A DNA stretch of 64,000 nt. Source: Candidatus Nealsonbacteria bacterium (lineage in GTDB: Bacteria > Patescibacteriota > Minisyncoccia > Minisyncoccales > PWPS01). A program made the position numbers and the translations under genes. This document shows positions 34,310 through 43,315 of the stretch, one piece after another. Location of the stretch: assembly GCA_003553505.1 (NCBI GenBank), contig PWEN01000027.1:3705-67704 (forward strand). The letters are read 5' to 3'. How positions within the stretch are numbered: the stretch's first letter is position 1; every line of letters begins with the position of its first letter. Under the pieces are notes generated by a model. It was given only the letters and a program-made list of their open reading frames with translations. It was not told where the DNA came from and searched no databases.

Positions 34310-34873
34310 ATGAAACACACAGAAGTACGCAAAGGAACAATAATAAATATAAACGGAGATCCGTACGAAGTCTTGGAACACTCCCACAGTGTAAAGGCGC
34401 GTGGAAGCTCTGTGATGCAGACACGTATACGCAATCTCAAAACGGGAAACGTGATACAGAGATCGTTCCATCCAAAAGATGATATAGAAGAAGCAGACAT
34501 AGACAAGGAAGAGGCTATTTTTATATACGCACGGCGCGGAAGCTGTATTTTTGCCAAAAAAGAAGACCGTGGAAAACGGTTCACTTTAAGCGAAGAGTGT
34601 GTGGGAGATAAGCTAGACTACCTCAAAGAGAACACTCCCGTAACAATTATACTTTTCAATGAAGAGCCCATTTCAGTGTCCATACCGGTAAAAGTGGAAC
34701 TAAAGGTGACAGAGGCTCCTCCCGGAGTAAAAGGAGACCGCTCCCAAGGGGGAACAAAAACAGTCACACTGGAAACCGGTAAAAAGATGGAAGTTCCTCT
34801 CTTTGTAGAAAGAGAAGAGATAATAGAAGTAAACACGGAAACGGGAGAGTATGTCAGGAGGATGCAGAAGTAA
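34310..34873 (+). CDS. efp: Elongation factor P
   Basis: KGTIININGDPYEVLEHSHSVKARGSSVMQTRIRNLKTGNV and the three-domain length (187 aa). Confidence 0.9.
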   Translation: MKHTEVRKGTIININGDPYEVLEHSHSVKARGSSVMQTRIRNLKTGNVIQRSFHPKDDIEEADIDKEEAIFIYARRGSCIFAKKEDRGKRFTLSEECVGDKLDYLKENTPVTIILFNEEPISVSIPVKVELKVTEAPPGVKGDRSQGGTKTVTLETGKKMEVPLFVEREEIIEVNTETGEYVRRMQK

Positions 34874-36674
34874 ATAAGCGACGGTAAGTTGCATTGCAAG
34901 AAAGCGTTTCTCTATCTCCTATTACCACAAGCTTTCTTTTTGCTCTCGTAAGAGAAACATTCAGTCTGCGCATATCATTTAAAAAGCCGATTTCGCCTTT
35001 CTTGTTGCTCCTTACAAGAGAGAGTATCATTACCTCCCTTTCTTGTCCTTGGTATCCGTCCACCGTATAAGCCTCCATGCCGCACTTCCTTGTGATTAGC
35101 TCTGCTTGATCGTCATAAGGAGTAATTATACCTATATTCTCTTTTTTTAATCCTTTTGAAAGAAGGTTTTTTAATGTTTGCACAACCATCTCCGCTTCAC
35201 GTTCATTATAGATAGAGAAAGAGTCTTTCTTTCTTTTTTCAAAGCGATCACTGTATATAGAAGTGTCAAAAATCTCAAAAACCACACTGTCTTGCACTCC
35301 CAGATCGCAAAGCGTTATATCTTTTACAAGAGAAGATGCTTTTAGCTTCCCGTCATAGAACTCATTTGAAGGAAAGCGCATAAGCTTCTCGTTCATTCTG
35401 TACTGCTCCTTTAAAAGAAGTGATGACTCCGGAAATCTTTTTATGAGCACCTTAAAAAGTGTTCTTTGTAATATCTCCGTACTACTTTTTAAGGTAGGTG
35501 GAAGTTGTTTATGATCACCTGCAAGAATAAAACGTGGAGCTTTTGAGAGCGGTATAAGAGAGCTGGGAAGCGTGGCCTGCGGAGCTTCATCCATCACAAC
35601 AACATCAAACTCTCCTTCAATTGTAAAAGAGGAAGAGTTGGTAGAAACAACCACTTGCGCCTCGTTTATAATGCGCCTTGATATCTCTTCTTCCATGGCA
35701 CGCGCACCTTCATAGTAGCCATCCGCCTTTTCGTTTAAAGAGATCCACTCCGCCATAGAGGAAACCTTGTGGGGAGAGAGTTTTCCTTTCTTTTTTGAAA
35801 AGTGCATCTCCATTATCTTGCGCTTGGGAAGAGTGGGTTTTTCATATTTTTGTTGCTCCTCTTTTGCTTCTTCCCCCATATCTCTTAACTTCTTAACAGA
35901 GGAGTAACTACCATCACTCTCCATGAGAGAGTGTAGCATCACATCCTTTAAAGAGCGTGATATTCTTGCAGGATGACCGATGCGCACAATGTTCACTTCT
36001 CCATAAAGCTCTTCTGCAAGATTGTCGGTAGCAACATTGCTCTCCGAAGTGGCAAGCACCCTATTTCCTTTTCTCACCTCTTGCCTTATTACTTCTGCCG
36101 CAGTTTTCGTTTTTCCGGTACCAAAGGGTCCATGAATTAAAAAGAAGTCCTCCGCTCTTAAGGACTCCGCAACCGCTTCTCTCTGCTCCCTATTTAGATC
36201 AACAGAGAGGTCTTCCTCTTCACCAAAAGAAGGACTCCTTTCTCCCAAAAAGAACTTCAAAACGCGCGCTCCTTCCTCGCTCAAGTTCTCCAGATTCTCA
36301 TACATACGATAAAAAGTAGTATCGTTTGCGGAAAGATCAAGGCGCACTTCCCCGGAAAGAGGATTTTCTGTGGCAACTATAAAGTGCTTGCTTCCCGTTT
36401 CCGTAACAATTCCCTCGCTTACGCTCTTTCCAGCACTAATCGTTACAGAGTCCCCGATAGATATTTCAGAGAGTATCTCTTTTTTTCGAGTAAGCTTTAC
36501 AAGTTTGTAGCCAAACTCTCCCCCAATAATCTTTGACTGTAAAGAGAGAACCGCCCTTCCCCTTTTTTCGCGTTCCTTTCCGGATATGCTGCGCATCTCT
36601 TTTTCCATCTCTTCCACTTCCGCCTTTCTCTCTTTTTGCAGCTCTTTTTTAAGATCTTCTATAAGCTCCTTCAT
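34854..36674 (-). CDS. Superfamily-1 helicase, Upf1/IGHMBP2/DNA2-like
   Basis: IHGPFGTGKTKTAAEVI (motif I), VVMDEAPQA (II), QYRMNEKLMRFPSNEFYDGKL, TVDGYQGQEREVMILSLVRSN, RRLNVSLTRAKRKLVVIGD. Its 3' end overlaps efp convergently by 20 nt. Confidence 0.8.
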   Translation of the reverse strand: MKELIEDLKKELQKERKAEVEEMEKEMRSISGKEREKRGRAVLSLQSKIIGGEFGYKLVKLTRKKEILSEISIGDSVTISAGKSVSEGIVTETGSKHFIVATENPLSGEVRLDLSANDTTFYRMYENLENLSEEGARVLKFFLGERSPSFGEEEDLSVDLNREQREAVAESLRAEDFFLIHGPFGTGKTKTAAEVIRQEVRKGNRVLATSESNVATDNLAEELYGEVNIVRIGHPARISRSLKDVMLHSLMESDGSYSSVKKLRDMGEEAKEEQQKYEKPTLPKRKIMEMHFSKKKGKLSPHKVSSMAEWISLNEKADGYYEGARAMEEEISRRIINEAQVVVSTNSSSFTIEGEFDVVVMDEAPQATLPSSLIPLSKAPRFILAGDHKQLPPTLKSSTEILQRTLFKVLIKRFPESSLLLKEQYRMNEKLMRFPSNEFYDGKLKASSLVKDITLCDLGVQDSVVFEIFDTSIYSDRFEKRKKDSFSIYNEREAEMVVQTLKNLLSKGLKKENIGIITPYDDQAELITRKCGMEAYTVDGYQGQEREVMILSLVRSNKKGEIGFLNDMRRLNVSLTRAKRKLVVIGDRETLSCNATYRRLFTSASS

Positions 36675-36676
36675 TC

Positions 36677-37111
36677 TTAGAAAAGGGTCTTCTTTTCATC
36701 AAGCGCTTCATTTGCCATTCTGTCCGCTTCTTTGTTGTAGTTACGAGAGACCGCCTTAAAACTTACTTTTTTAAAATCAAGACAAAGATTCCAAAGCTTT
36801 AAAAATAAAGGTTGCAACTTCTCATTCTCTATCTTGTACTTTCCTTTCATATGATTTACAAGCAACTCGGAGTCCGACCTAAGCTCCACTTCCGTTTCCT
36901 TTGCAAGACTTTTTCCAAAAACAGATTTGAACTTGGAGAGCGCAAAAATAACCGCCTTGTACTCCGCTTCATTGTTTGTAAGACTATCACCAAGATACTC
37001 TTTGTACTCTTTTATCTTCTCTTTTTTTTCATTATAAAAAACGGCTCCTGCCGCTGCGGGTCCGGGATTTCCGCGTGCCCCGCCGTCAGTGTATATAGTT
37101 ATTTTTTTCAT
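36677..37111 (-). CDS. rnhA: Ribonuclease HI
   Basis: IYTDGGARGNPGPAAAGAVF, NNEAEYKAVIFAL, NKEADRMAN (DEDD residues). Confidence 0.8.
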   Translation of the reverse strand: MKKITIYTDGGARGNPGPAAAGAVFYNEKKEKIKEYKEYLGDSLTNNEAEYKAVIFALSKFKSVFGKSLAKETEVELRSDSELLVNHMKGKYKIENEKLQPLFLKLWNLCLDFKKVSFKAVSRNYNKEADRMANEALDEKKTLF

Positions 37112-38195
37112 AGAAGTAACTTGTAAGACACTTTTTAAATTTTTCTATGTTTTCATTTTTAAGATAAAAACCCGCTGCAGGATGGTGTCCTCCAAAAGAT
37201 AAAAGACAATCCGAGCAGTGCTCCATTGCTTCCACGGCACTAAAACCGGAAGGAACACGCGCAGAGCCCTTGCTTACACTTTCTCCTTTGCTAAACACAA
37301 ATACGGGCTTCTTTGTTCTGCTTATCACCTGTGAAGCAACAGCCCCTGCAAGGTCGGGCGGAAAACTTCCTCCTCCAAAGACAATTATATCTCCATGATT
37401 AACACCATCTATTATCTCCTCTGTTTCTTTTTTTATCTCTTCGTCTCTTTTGTTGCGCTTTTCAAACAAGGATTGCACTATCTTCTCTGCCTCCTTCTCC
37501 GTTTTTGCGGAAAGAAAAAGATAAGCATCATTTATCGCTCCTCTGTTCTCTGTAATATTTAAAAGTGAAACGGTTTTTTGGACAAAATCACTTTCTATCT
37601 TTCTGCGGAGAAGCTTTAATGCCGGTGTCCGGGGATTATCGAGTAATGGCAATCCTTCATCAAGTATTTCCTTGTTCTCTCCTTTTTGGGGAACCATATC
37701 AGCAACAGTGGCAAGCGCAACAAGTTCTATAAGCTCCCTACGCATAAAAGATATATCGCTCATCTCTTGTGCAAGAGAAAAAGTAACGCCCGCATTGGCC
37801 ATCTCTTTGAAGTGATAACCGTCCCCTTTCTGCTTGGGGTCAACAATTACCTCTGCGTCCGGCAGTCCGTTCAACTGCTCGTGATGATCGACAACAATAA
37901 GACGAAAACCGGTTTCTTTAGCAGCACGGGCGCCTTCAAAGCTCGCTATTCCGCAATCAAGAGAAACAAGCAACGCAGGAGACTCATCTTGCATAAAAGA
38001 AACAGCATCAGGTGTCAGTCCGTGACCCCATCTGTTTATGTCAGAAATATAAACAGAAACACTTCCTCCCATGCTCTCTATTGTTTTTTTGAGAATGATC
38101 ACAGAACAAACCCCGTCCAGATCGGCGTCTCCGAAAAGCACAACACGCCCTTTTTCGTTTAAGATCGCTTTTGCAGCCTTTTCTATGTTCTTCAT
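37086..38195 (-). CDS. recJ: DHH/DHHA1 phosphoesterase, short RecJ-like exonuclease
   Basis: GDADLDGVCS, SLDCGI, VVDHH, and C-terminal GGHHPAAGF (DHHA1). At 369 aa it lacks the OB-fold extension. Confidence 0.65.
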   Translation of the reverse strand: MKNIEKAAKAILNEKGRVVLFGDADLDGVCSVIILKKTIESMGGSVSVYISDINRWGHGLTPDAVSFMQDESPALLVSLDCGIASFEGARAAKETGFRLIVVDHHEQLNGLPDAEVIVDPKQKGDGYHFKEMANAGVTFSLAQEMSDISFMRRELIELVALATVADMVPQKGENKEILDEGLPLLDNPRTPALKLLRRKIESDFVQKTVSLLNITENRGAINDAYLFLSAKTEKEAEKIVQSLFEKRNKRDEEIKKETEEIIDGVNHGDIIVFGGGSFPPDLAGAVASQVISRTKKPVFVFSKGESVSKGSARVPSGFSAVEAMEHCSDCLLSFGGHHPAAGFYLKNENIEKFKKCLTSYFYEKNNYIH

Positions 38196-39397
38196 AGCCC
38201 TTCTAGTCCCGGCATAGGGCTGTTGCTCAGATAAGCAAGAAGTGCACCTCCTCCGTAAGAAACGTGATCCATTTTATCGAGAAGTTCAAACTTGGAAAGA
38301 GCACTGATAGTATCTCCTCCTCCTACTATACTCAAAGCGCCGTGATTCCTTATAATACGATCTGCGATCTCCATCGTTCCCCTTTCAAAACTACTTTCCT
38401 CAAAAAGTCCTAGGGGGCCGATCCACACTATTGTTCCCGCTTCTTTTATGATCTCCCCATACATCTTAATCGTTTCCTTCCCTATATCAAATATGTCCTC
38501 ATCCCCTCTTGTATTTCCGGGTCCCGTCTCTCTTATGTATGCCGTCCCCGTTCTGTCGGGAGAAGCGATAACATCTACGGGAAGATGCGCTTTGGGAGAA
38601 GTAAAATCAACCTCTTTTACTGCATCAATAACCTCGTCTTCCGGCAAAGGAAGACCAACCGAGATGCCTCGCACTACAAGTACCGCGTTTGCCAACTTGC
38701 CACCCAAAAGAACATGGTCGGTATGTTCTATAAAGTACTTGATAGCAGAGATCTTGGACTTTACCTTTGATCCTCCAATGATCATGACTATCGGTCTTTT
38801 GGCGTTTTTCTTTACCCTGTCAGCCATAGTAACCTCTTTTTGCAGGAGCATTCCCGCAGCAGAGGGAATAAAGCGCGATATCTTTGCAACAGAAGCGTGC
38901 TTGCGATGACAAACGGAAAAGGCCTCATTTACGTAAAAATCCGCCAAAGAAGCAAGCTTGCGCGCAAACTCTTCCGAGTTTTCTTTTTCTTCTTTGTAGA
39001 GTCTTACATTCTCAAGTAAAAGCACATCTCCTTTTTTCATTTGCGAGATGCGATCCTTTACTTTTTTGCCTATACAGTCATCGACAAAGTCCACTTCTCT
39101 CTTTACAGCACTTGAAAGATGATCCTTTACACAGTAAATACTTCCTTCCGGCAACTTAGAGCTTATCCTTTCCAGTAAAGGTTTTTTTTCGTTCATTCTC
39201 CTTTTTTTGGAAGGATTTCCAAGATGACTCATCACAATCACCTTTGCTCCTTTGTTAATGAGATGTTTTATGGTGGGAGCGGCTATCTTTATGCGTATAT
39301 CGTTGCTTACACTTCCATCCTTGTTCAAAGGAACATTGAAGTCACAACGCACAAGAACGCACTTCCCGTCCACATTCATGTTCTCTATATTCTTCAT
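38192..39397 (-). CDS. pgk: Phosphoglycerate kinase
   Basis: VLVRCDFNVPL, SHLGNP, GGGDT. Confidence 0.9.
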   Translation of the reverse strand: MKNIENMNVDGKCVLVRCDFNVPLNKDGSVSNDIRIKIAAPTIKHLINKGAKVIVMSHLGNPSKKRRMNEKKPLLERISSKLPEGSIYCVKDHLSSAVKREVDFVDDCIGKKVKDRISQMKKGDVLLLENVRLYKEEKENSEEFARKLASLADFYVNEAFSVCHRKHASVAKISRFIPSAAGMLLQKEVTMADRVKKNAKRPIVMIIGGSKVKSKISAIKYFIEHTDHVLLGGKLANAVLVVRGISVGLPLPEDEVIDAVKEVDFTSPKAHLPVDVIASPDRTGTAYIRETGPGNTRGDEDIFDIGKETIKMYGEIIKEAGTIVWIGPLGLFEESSFERGTMEIADRIIRNHGALSIVGGGDTISALSKFELLDKMDHVSYGGGALLAYLSNSPMPGLEGL

Positions 39398-41004
39398 TTT
39401 TTTCTCAACGCTTCTCGAAGCGCTTCTTTTAAACTTTTACTCTCTGAGGGCTCTTGTTGTTTCTTTTTGTGCTCCCGAAGAACCTCTTTTAGTTTGTTTG
39501 TTTCTTCTTTCTGCGGCTTCTTTTCTGTTTTAAGCGCCTCCTTTAAATTTTCCGCACTCTGTTCTTGTTTCTGTGGCTTACTCTCTTCTTTTTTAAGCGA
39601 TTTACGGCAAGTCTTGCAGTAAGTGGGGCGTGTGCCATCCGGCACAAAAGGAACTTTTGTCTTTTTCCCGCACTTAGAACACTGCGCATCATAAACATCC
39701 TTCGTGCTTTCCACTACAGAGTTCTGGAAATCTCCCAGCCAACGTGAAAGCTTTTCCTCAACAACACTTCTCTCGGTAGCGTAACGCTCTATAGATGTCC
39801 TTATTATCTTGTCACGCACTTTTTCACTCTCTCCTTCCCACGGAGGTATGGTGGTAGCGGAAAAAGGTCTCCCGGACACACCATTAATCATCAGTTTTGC
39901 ATAAATATTATACTTGGGCAAGTTTATGAGATCATCAACTTTAACATCGGGAGCAAACTCTTTTTCAAGCCTTTCCGCATCCTCTGATCCAACACGGAAA
40001 GACACTATCGTTCCCATGTTACCAAAAACGGCATCCTCCACTTCCTCCTCCATCTGAGATATGTACTGGTGACCGAGTATGAGCGACAAACGGTACTTGC
40101 GCGCCTCTGAGAGTATGTTCACAAAAGATCTCGTAGCAAAGTTCTGAAACTCGTCGATGTAAAGAAAAAAGTCTTTTCTCTCTGGCTCCGGGATCTCCAC
40201 ACGCGACATGGCGGCAAGTTGCAGCTTTGTAACAAGAAGCCCTCCCAGCAACATAGAGTTGTCTTCTCCTATCTTTCCCTTGGAAAGGTTCATGATAAGC
40301 ACTTTGCGATTATCCATTATTTCACGCATATTTATGCTCGAAGTAACCTGCCCCACTATGTTTCTTATAAGCGGGTTTGAGATAAACTGCCCTATCTTGT
40401 TTTGAATAGCTGCTGTCGCTTCCACGGCGTACTGTTCACTGTAGCGCGCAAACTCGTTCATCCAAAAAGATTTTACCACCGGATCGGTAACTTTTTCGGT
40501 TACCTTGTTGCGATACTCTGTGTCCGCCATCATGCGATTTATTCCCAAAAGCGTAGAGTTGGGAGACTCCAAGAGCGCAAGGATAGTGTTATTTAGTATA
40601 TACTCCATGCGCGCCGACCAGACATCGGGCCATATCTTCTTGAAAACACCCATAAGCCCCGAAGCAACAAGGTGACGATACTCCTGATCAACGCTCTCCA
40701 TGACATTAAAGCCCATGGCATAACTCACATCAGAAGGATTAAAGTATATAACATCATTTATTCTTTCTTTGGGAACAAAAGACAAGACTCTCTGGGAAGC
40801 CTCTCCATGCGGATCAATAAACCCAACTCCTTCACCTCTTACTATGTCTTGGATGGCCATGTTCTCCAGCATAGCCGTTTTCCCCATGCCCGTTTTTCCA
40901 ATAGCATAAAAGTGACGCCTTCTGTCATCACGCTTTATGCCAAACCTCCTTTGCTTGTTGCGAAAGTTGGTTATTCCGAAAAGTGTAATATCGTTTTCAT
41001 TCAT
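39394..41004 (-). CDS. Type IV coupling protein (VirD4/TraD/TraG)-like P-loop ATPase with C-terminal CxxC-x17-CxxC zinc ribbon
   Basis: Walker A AIGKTGMGKT, Walker B FFLYIDEFQNF, ARKYRLSLILGHQYISQM. C-terminal CSKCGKKTKVPFVPDGTRPTYCKTC followed by a Lys/Glu-rich tail. No TM segment. Confidence 0.7.
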   Translation of the reverse strand: MNENDITLFGITNFRNKQRRFGIKRDDRRRHFYAIGKTGMGKTAMLENMAIQDIVRGEGVGFIDPHGEASQRVLSFVPKERINDVIYFNPSDVSYAMGFNVMESVDQEYRHLVASGLMGVFKKIWPDVWSARMEYILNNTILALLESPNSTLLGINRMMADTEYRNKVTEKVTDPVVKSFWMNEFARYSEQYAVEATAAIQNKIGQFISNPLIRNIVGQVTSSINMREIMDNRKVLIMNLSKGKIGEDNSMLLGGLLVTKLQLAAMSRVEIPEPERKDFFLYIDEFQNFATRSFVNILSEARKYRLSLILGHQYISQMEEEVEDAVFGNMGTIVSFRVGSEDAERLEKEFAPDVKVDDLINLPKYNIYAKLMINGVSGRPFSATTIPPWEGESEKVRDKIIRTSIERYATERSVVEEKLSRWLGDFQNSVVESTKDVYDAQCSKCGKKTKVPFVPDGTRPTYCKTCRKSLKKEESKPQKQEQSAENLKEALKTEKKPQKEETNKLKEVLREHKKKQQEPSESKSLKEALREALRKK

Positions 41005-42355
41005 CTTCTTTTATGGGAAGATCATGTGGTGCTTCCCTCTTTCTTGCCTCTACGCGTTGAATAACGGAAGGCGGAGCAGTAATACGCGAAGGAAAGTGAA
41101 ACAAGGAAGCGAGCTCCTCCGTATTAAGATAAAAGTAAGCGCCTTTTACGTTTTCCGGCCAGTACGCCTGCCGACGATCAACGGCGTTACGGAACATTCT
41201 CCTCTGTTTTAAATAAAGTCTTCTCTTCTGGAACCAGTAAAAGTCATACCAGTTCTGTTTTACCTTCGTTATCGTTTCTCCCCAAGGAATTATAGAGTTC
41301 ATGGCAGGATTATTAAACTGATTGAAGTAACTCATAGGAACCTTAAACCTTCCTCCGAAAAACTTATCATTTCTCGCAAGATAAACAAAGCGCAGATTCA
41401 CCTTAAACATCTGCTTAGAGATCTTTCTTTCTATCGCGGCAACGGTCTCTTTCTCACCGGGAGTAAGCATCATCTCCGGAGGATGCATCTTCTCTTCCTC
41501 TTTCTGAGGAGAAGATATTATGCCATGAACAAGCATGTCCCAGGCCTCTTTTATTATAAGCCCCCTTTCTTTGGGAGGCTTTCTTTTTACAAGCCTATCA
41601 CGCTCCTTTCTTGCTTGTGTGACCACTCCACTCTCCCCATCAGTAACAGGATTTAACTTCATCTGAATCCAAACCTGCTCCCCTTTTTCCAGTAGCGACA
41701 AGCCTTCAAGAAGAGAGGATATAGGGTCGATACGCTTCTCTTCTTTTGCTTCTCTCTCCGTCTCAAAATCAACGTAAGTTCTTATAGGATAACAACTGGG
41801 AGCAACCATGGTATAATCCGCACCCAGTATCTTCCAGCGATCGTTGGGAATATCCTGAGGAACCTTTTTGGTGTAGTCCTGTACCTGCACTATCTCCGCA
41901 TCGGGATACTGAGCATAGAGATGTGACTCGAAAACATTGCGCTGATTCTCCGGAATGCGGACAAGGAAGTGCGGGACCCCATCTATAGATGCTATCTCCA
42001 GCCCAAAAGAGAGAGAATACTCTCCCTTCCACCACTTCTCAAACCAGTTAGGAGGGCCATATATCTGCCAAAATCCCGCCAAAACAGAGTCCATGGCGCG
42101 GATAGGCTTCAATATCTCTCCCGGTATGCGTACCTCCAAAAGTATCGTCTTGGGCTTTTTGGTCATGTCCCACAAGATGTTGCGCCAAAAAAGCCAGTGA
42201 TACTTAAACTTCGGCCAGAGAATAAAAGGTAGAGGGACCCACCACCATGTTTTAATAAAATCCCACGCAATAGGTAAGATATAAGAAAAAGTAACTGTCG
42301 CCACCTCTGCCGCTTGGTATACTATATCTTTAAGCAATGGTATATTTTCCATCAT
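40997..42355 (-). CDS. Membrane protein partner of the coupling-protein-like ATPase
   Basis: Two N-terminal TM helices (Trp-rich), a large soluble region, and an end at ...LNTEELASLFHFPSRITAPP. Overlaps the ATPase gene by 8 nt. Confidence 0.55.
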   Translation of the reverse strand: MMENIPLLKDIVYQAAEVATVTFSYILPIAWDFIKTWWWVPLPFILWPKFKYHWLFWRNILWDMTKKPKTILLEVRIPGEILKPIRAMDSVLAGFWQIYGPPNWFEKWWKGEYSLSFGLEIASIDGVPHFLVRIPENQRNVFESHLYAQYPDAEIVQVQDYTKKVPQDIPNDRWKILGADYTMVAPSCYPIRTYVDFETEREAKEEKRIDPISSLLEGLSLLEKGEQVWIQMKLNPVTDGESGVVTQARKERDRLVKRKPPKERGLIIKEAWDMLVHGIISSPQKEEEKMHPPEMMLTPGEKETVAAIERKISKQMFKVNLRFVYLARNDKFFGGRFKVPMSYFNQFNNPAMNSIIPWGETITKVKQNWYDFYWFQKRRLYLKQRRMFRNAVDRRQAYWPENVKGAYFYLNTEELASLFHFPSRITAPPSVIQRVEARKREAPHDLPIKEDE

Positions 42356-43295
42356 GGCTTCTTACGAAGCGCCTCTTGTTGTTCAAGTTCTGTACAATAG
42401 TGTTCTTTTTAACCATCCTTTGAGAGAACACTTTTTCGATGATCTCATCTTTCGTTAAAGGCCCTTCTTTTTTCAGTATATCACGGATGACGTCTTTTAC
42501 TTCCCCCACGCTATAACCCCACTCCGAGAGAGCATAAACACCTCTCCCTACTAAAATAAAGCGATCGTCTTTTATAAGTTCATTGTGTACCGTTTGCGGA
42601 TTCGCTCCTCCTATGAGACTGCACACTTGACGGAAGTGCAGAGGCCTTCCTTCTCTTTTCATCGCAAGATACGATTTGTCTTTTACGCCACGCGGATTAA
42701 CTTCCGGCCAAGAAGAGAGCCCGAAGTTTCCGTCCTGCGTTTCACCTATCTTTTTTGATATCTCTAAGTAAGAAACAAGCTTCTCTTTCGGTATGCTATT
42801 TGAGGGATCAATATCCTCCACAGAAAGAACAGCGCCCTCCTGCATAAGCAACTTGCAAGCATGTTCAATGACTTCATTTGCAGAATAAAGAGAGTTCTCA
42901 TTGTTGGTCCACAAGGAGTGTCTCTCTTCTGTTTCCGACATGCGCTTAAAGTACTCTCCTACACTTAAAAGAAATATGAGGTGGCTGTCCTTCTGCTCCT
43001 CTTTGGAAAGCGAGCGTACAAGTTTGTCTTCACGCTTTACTCCCCCGAAGCGCTCCATTTCATTATTTAAAGAAATAAAAACAGAGATCTTCTTTTTGGA
43101 GTTCTCCATAACTCTTCTTACGCCATCCCTCTCTATCTGTCGCACTCTTTCACGCGTTATGCCATACTCCTCTCCTATCATCTCCAGAGTCTCTCTTCTG
43201 TGTCCGTGAAGCCCGAAACGACGCACAAGAACCTCCCTTGTTCTTTCTGGGAGGTCTGCCAATAAGGAGTGCGATATTTCGTTGTACTTAAACAT
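42330..43295 (-). CDS. Sigma-70 region-4-like HTH protein with C-terminal HARE-HTH-like domain
   Basis: LPERTREVLVRRFGLHGHRRETLEMIGEEYGITRERVRQIERDGVRRV resembles sigma region 4.2. The C-terminus VKDVIRDILKKEGPLTKDEIIEKV...RRFVRSHDGKYTI is winged-helix-like. Confidence 0.6.
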   Translation of the reverse strand: MFKYNEISHSLLADLPERTREVLVRRFGLHGHRRETLEMIGEEYGITRERVRQIERDGVRRVMENSKKKISVFISLNNEMERFGGVKREDKLVRSLSKEEQKDSHLIFLLSVGEYFKRMSETEERHSLWTNNENSLYSANEVIEHACKLLMQEGAVLSVEDIDPSNSIPKEKLVSYLEISKKIGETQDGNFGLSSWPEVNPRGVKDKSYLAMKREGRPLHFRQVCSLIGGANPQTVHNELIKDDRFILVGRGVYALSEWGYSVGEVKDVIRDILKKEGPLTKDEIIEKVFSQRMVKKNTIVQNLNNKRRFVRSHDGKYTIA

Positions 43296-43315
43296 GTTCC
43301 TACTTTTATAAAATA

